Below the pieces are notes generated by a model. It had not been told where the DNA came from, did no database searches, and saw only the letters and a list, made by a program, of their open reading frames with translations. Positions 61,013 to 64,000 of a stretch of DNA of 64,000 nucleotides are shown piece by piece; the stretch's first letter is position 1; each line of letters begins with the position of its first letter. The stretch covers positions 97,156,001 to 97,220,000 of the forward strand of contig CM052817.1 of the NCBI GenBank assembly GCA_028534125.1, read 5' to 3'. The translations under genes and the position numbers were made by a program. The stretch comes from Lama glama. Taxonomy: Eukaryota.

Positions 61013-62953
61013 AAAAACACATTGATTTACCCTGGGGGATTTTGCAGAAAATCATCGTTTATGGGCTGGCCATTTGGCAACTGTTCACTGAGTTCCTATC
61101 TCGTGCCGAGCACTGTGCTGGCGGTAAAAACAAGCGAGCAGAAGACAGTTTGACACCGACCACTGGGGTGGCCTCTGGGGGCTCCCCCCTCCTATTGTGC
61201 GTAAGGCTCAGAGATTCTGAAAGACTACAGATCAACAAGTGTGAACTTCGGCTGTCACTCTCTTTACGTGCAAATTGCTTCAACGTGTATCACCCCTTTT
61301 CATGTGTTGTGGCCACAACTACATACTCATTTCGCAACTGCCCTTGCGCCTGCCTGATCATTTGAACAGATAAGAGAATTCATCAAGAATTACACCTCCT
61401 GCTCCCCGCTCCTCCCACCCCGGCTCCACAAAGAAGAAGGGCTTTTGACAAAACCAACACAAGAAAGAAACCAACAGAAAAAAGTAACCACCCTCCTGTT
61501 CCCAGGGAGGGCGTCCCATTTCAGGCTCTAGTTACCCTTCTTTTAGTCAGAGTGTGGGAAACATCATTTGCTGTGTTCTCCAAAGTCATGTTGACCATCA
61601 TCACGGATTCCTGAGATTTTCCATGAAACTATGCTTTTAGGCCACTGATAATTAGCACAACTATGGATCACTGAATTCACCTTGCGGGGGTTTGACTCTT
61701 ATCACATGAGAAGCCTGGAGAAAGCAAAGGCCAGTGTGCTACACGCTGGGTCTTCAGTGTGAAAACCCGGAAAGGGACATTCTTTATCAATCAACCCACT
61801 CCGCTGGCGCAAACAGATCTCTAAAGCATTATTTCTGTTATTTCAATTGTAATACTATTCCAATATTGGTCACCAATTTTGTCAACATCTTCCTTCACAA
61901 CACAGAAATATTTGAAAAGGGATTTCTCATACAAACCATATGGGCTGAACTCGGGCAATACATTTTCCAAAAGCAAGTATGGAAAACTCCCAAATAGAAA
62001 AACACTGAATTAGCATGACTGTGTACAACTGTTTTTTTTTTTTTTTAAGCCAGAACTGGAGAAACGGCTTACAAAGTGAAACAAGCAGCACATTTTCCGG
62101 GCCATAAGAAACCAAGCGCTCCAAATCACTATTTCACAGAAACTGCTAACACACACCTCGGCTACGTCTGTAACTGAGTAAATCAGGAACAAGCTCTGAG
62201 TTTACTTTCCATGTTTACACAAGAAAGGTGACTCCTATGAAGAACAGTGACTAGAAAATCCCAAAGTTGGCAAAGAACGAGACGATCCCAGCTGGCCCCG
62301 GGACCACTAATAATGTTGCTGAAAGATGCGGTTATTAGATTAACAGTTGTGGAAGACGGACACTATTCAGGCAATGTGAAAGCAAACATTTTCATTAAGC
62401 AAACATTTCCTAAATTGCAAGCAGAAAATGGGACACTTGCTCTGACACCTGCGGCAAATCTGAGGGCCTGCCCTGGCCCAGAGCTCAGGGGTTTTGCTCT
62501 TAGAAGGTACATCTCTCTTACTTCCATCTGTGGGCATTTGTGGCCCACATTATGAAATTCATTGTTCAGCCACAGCTGAGTCGTTCACGTGAGAGTCTGG
62601 ATAAGCCAGGTGTGGACCGCACGGTGAAGTCATCTGCCTGCTGTATTATGGGGATGGCGTTATGACTTAAAGGACTGTATTATACCCAGGAGTGCGTTAC
62701 CTTCTCCTTATCTGTACGTTTACCATAGGCTTTGATATCTGAAACACTACGTACTGGAAAAGCCACTTACATTTCTAGAACAGACTGGATTTTCTGCAAC
62801 CTTTCAAAGGTATTCTGAAGAAACACTGCCTTCCTACTCAGTTTCAACTCTTGCTGCCTTCCACTGGATAATTCACCCCTGTTCTTCCCAAAGGCCCAAG
62901 AACTTTCTCAGGGTCCACAGTGCGTGGTTGTGGGCCCTCCATTTAAGGCATCA

Positions 62954-63175
<222 letters not shown>

Positions 63176-63369
63176 TTAGCATCTTTGTAGTTAAATGGCT
63201 TGGAGTATTTTGACGTCACAGGCTTGCACTTGCAGATTGCTCCTGAACCTCAGTTATCGCATTTATGACTAAATATGGCAGGTACAGAACGGTGAGCCCT
63301 CACAGACATACACATACAAAAGAACAGTAATAGACCTATTGGGTATAAGTTATGATGTGCTTTGCTTCT

Positions 63370-63540
63370 ACAAGCTCGCTTAACCTTGACATCCATCTTC
63401 ACTGTATTATTCACATTTTACAGAAGTGGAAACTGAAGACTGGAGGTTTAATCACAATAAATAAATGGCAGAGAAAGGTTATAAACCTACGTCTGTCTCC
63501 AAAGCCTGTCTTAACCACAACGCTACATTGCCTCATGGCC
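63370..63540 (-). mobile_element. MIR SINE
   Basis: tattattcacattttacagaagtggaaactgaagactggaggtt...gtctccaaagcctgtcttaacc. Confidence 0.7.
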
Positions 63541-64000
63541 TGTCGTCAAACTTTTTATGAATCCTAACTTGCCAATAGCTCAGAGGTCGGGAAATACACT
63601 TTGATTTTCCAGAACAACTGGAAGAGCCCCAGACAATCTAAGCAGAGGCTGGACTTAGAAAGCAACATCTTCATATTCAAGTTCCAATGTCAAAGACACG
63701 CGGAGAAACTGGCTCTCTACCACGGGGACTCCGTGCTGCCAATAAGCACTTTCCATCCTCTTTGCTCCGAGGTGCTGTCACGTGACCACCCAGACACCTG
63801 ATGGCGAGCCTGTGCACTGGGCTGAGTGTGGGATATGTAACACAACAGAGCTCGGCATGTGAGGCAAGATCAAAAACTTTGAAAGAGAAGAGAAAGAATG
63901 CTCATCTCTACCTTCAGTAAGATAGAAAATTAAGGATTATGTTTTCTTCTTTCCTTCTATGTAGTGGCTAGCTTTTCTGGTTAAATGAAAAAAATCTCAC

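Overview
Mammalian genomic DNA, very likely a camelid: it carries three tRNA-Ala-derived Vic-1-like SINEs and cetartiodactyl-type L1 3' ends. The window holds the convergent (tail-to-tail) 3' ends of two genes. On the + strand are the last four coding exons of ARHGAP10 (GRAF2/PSGAP; Pro/Ser-rich linker and C-terminal SH3 domain; 15359-39800) with a poly(A) signal at 40421. On the - strand are the last two coding exons of NR3C2 (mineralocorticoid receptor; end of the ligand-binding domain; 62969-63126 and 48813-48968) with a ~2.55 kb 3'UTR ending near 46245. The rest is intronic or intergenic DNA with L1, L2, MIR, MaLR/ERVL LTRs, DNA-transposon relics, microsatellites and a 500-N scaffold gap. 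Repeat family names are from recalled consensus sequences and their boundaries are approximate. I found no convincing new multi-gene system. The most interesting leads all concern the receptor: (i) an apparent Pro-to-Thr change in its normally conserved C-terminal KPLYFH motif; (ii) a leaky-type UGA-CGG stop followed by 57 open codons; (iii) a consensus splice donor 3 nt into its terminal exon; (iv) a dense miRNA/ARE/Pumilio cluster in its 3'UTR. Secondary leads are a candidate truncated ARHGAP10 isoform and CTCF/RFX motifs. All of these are hypotheses that need alignment or expression data.
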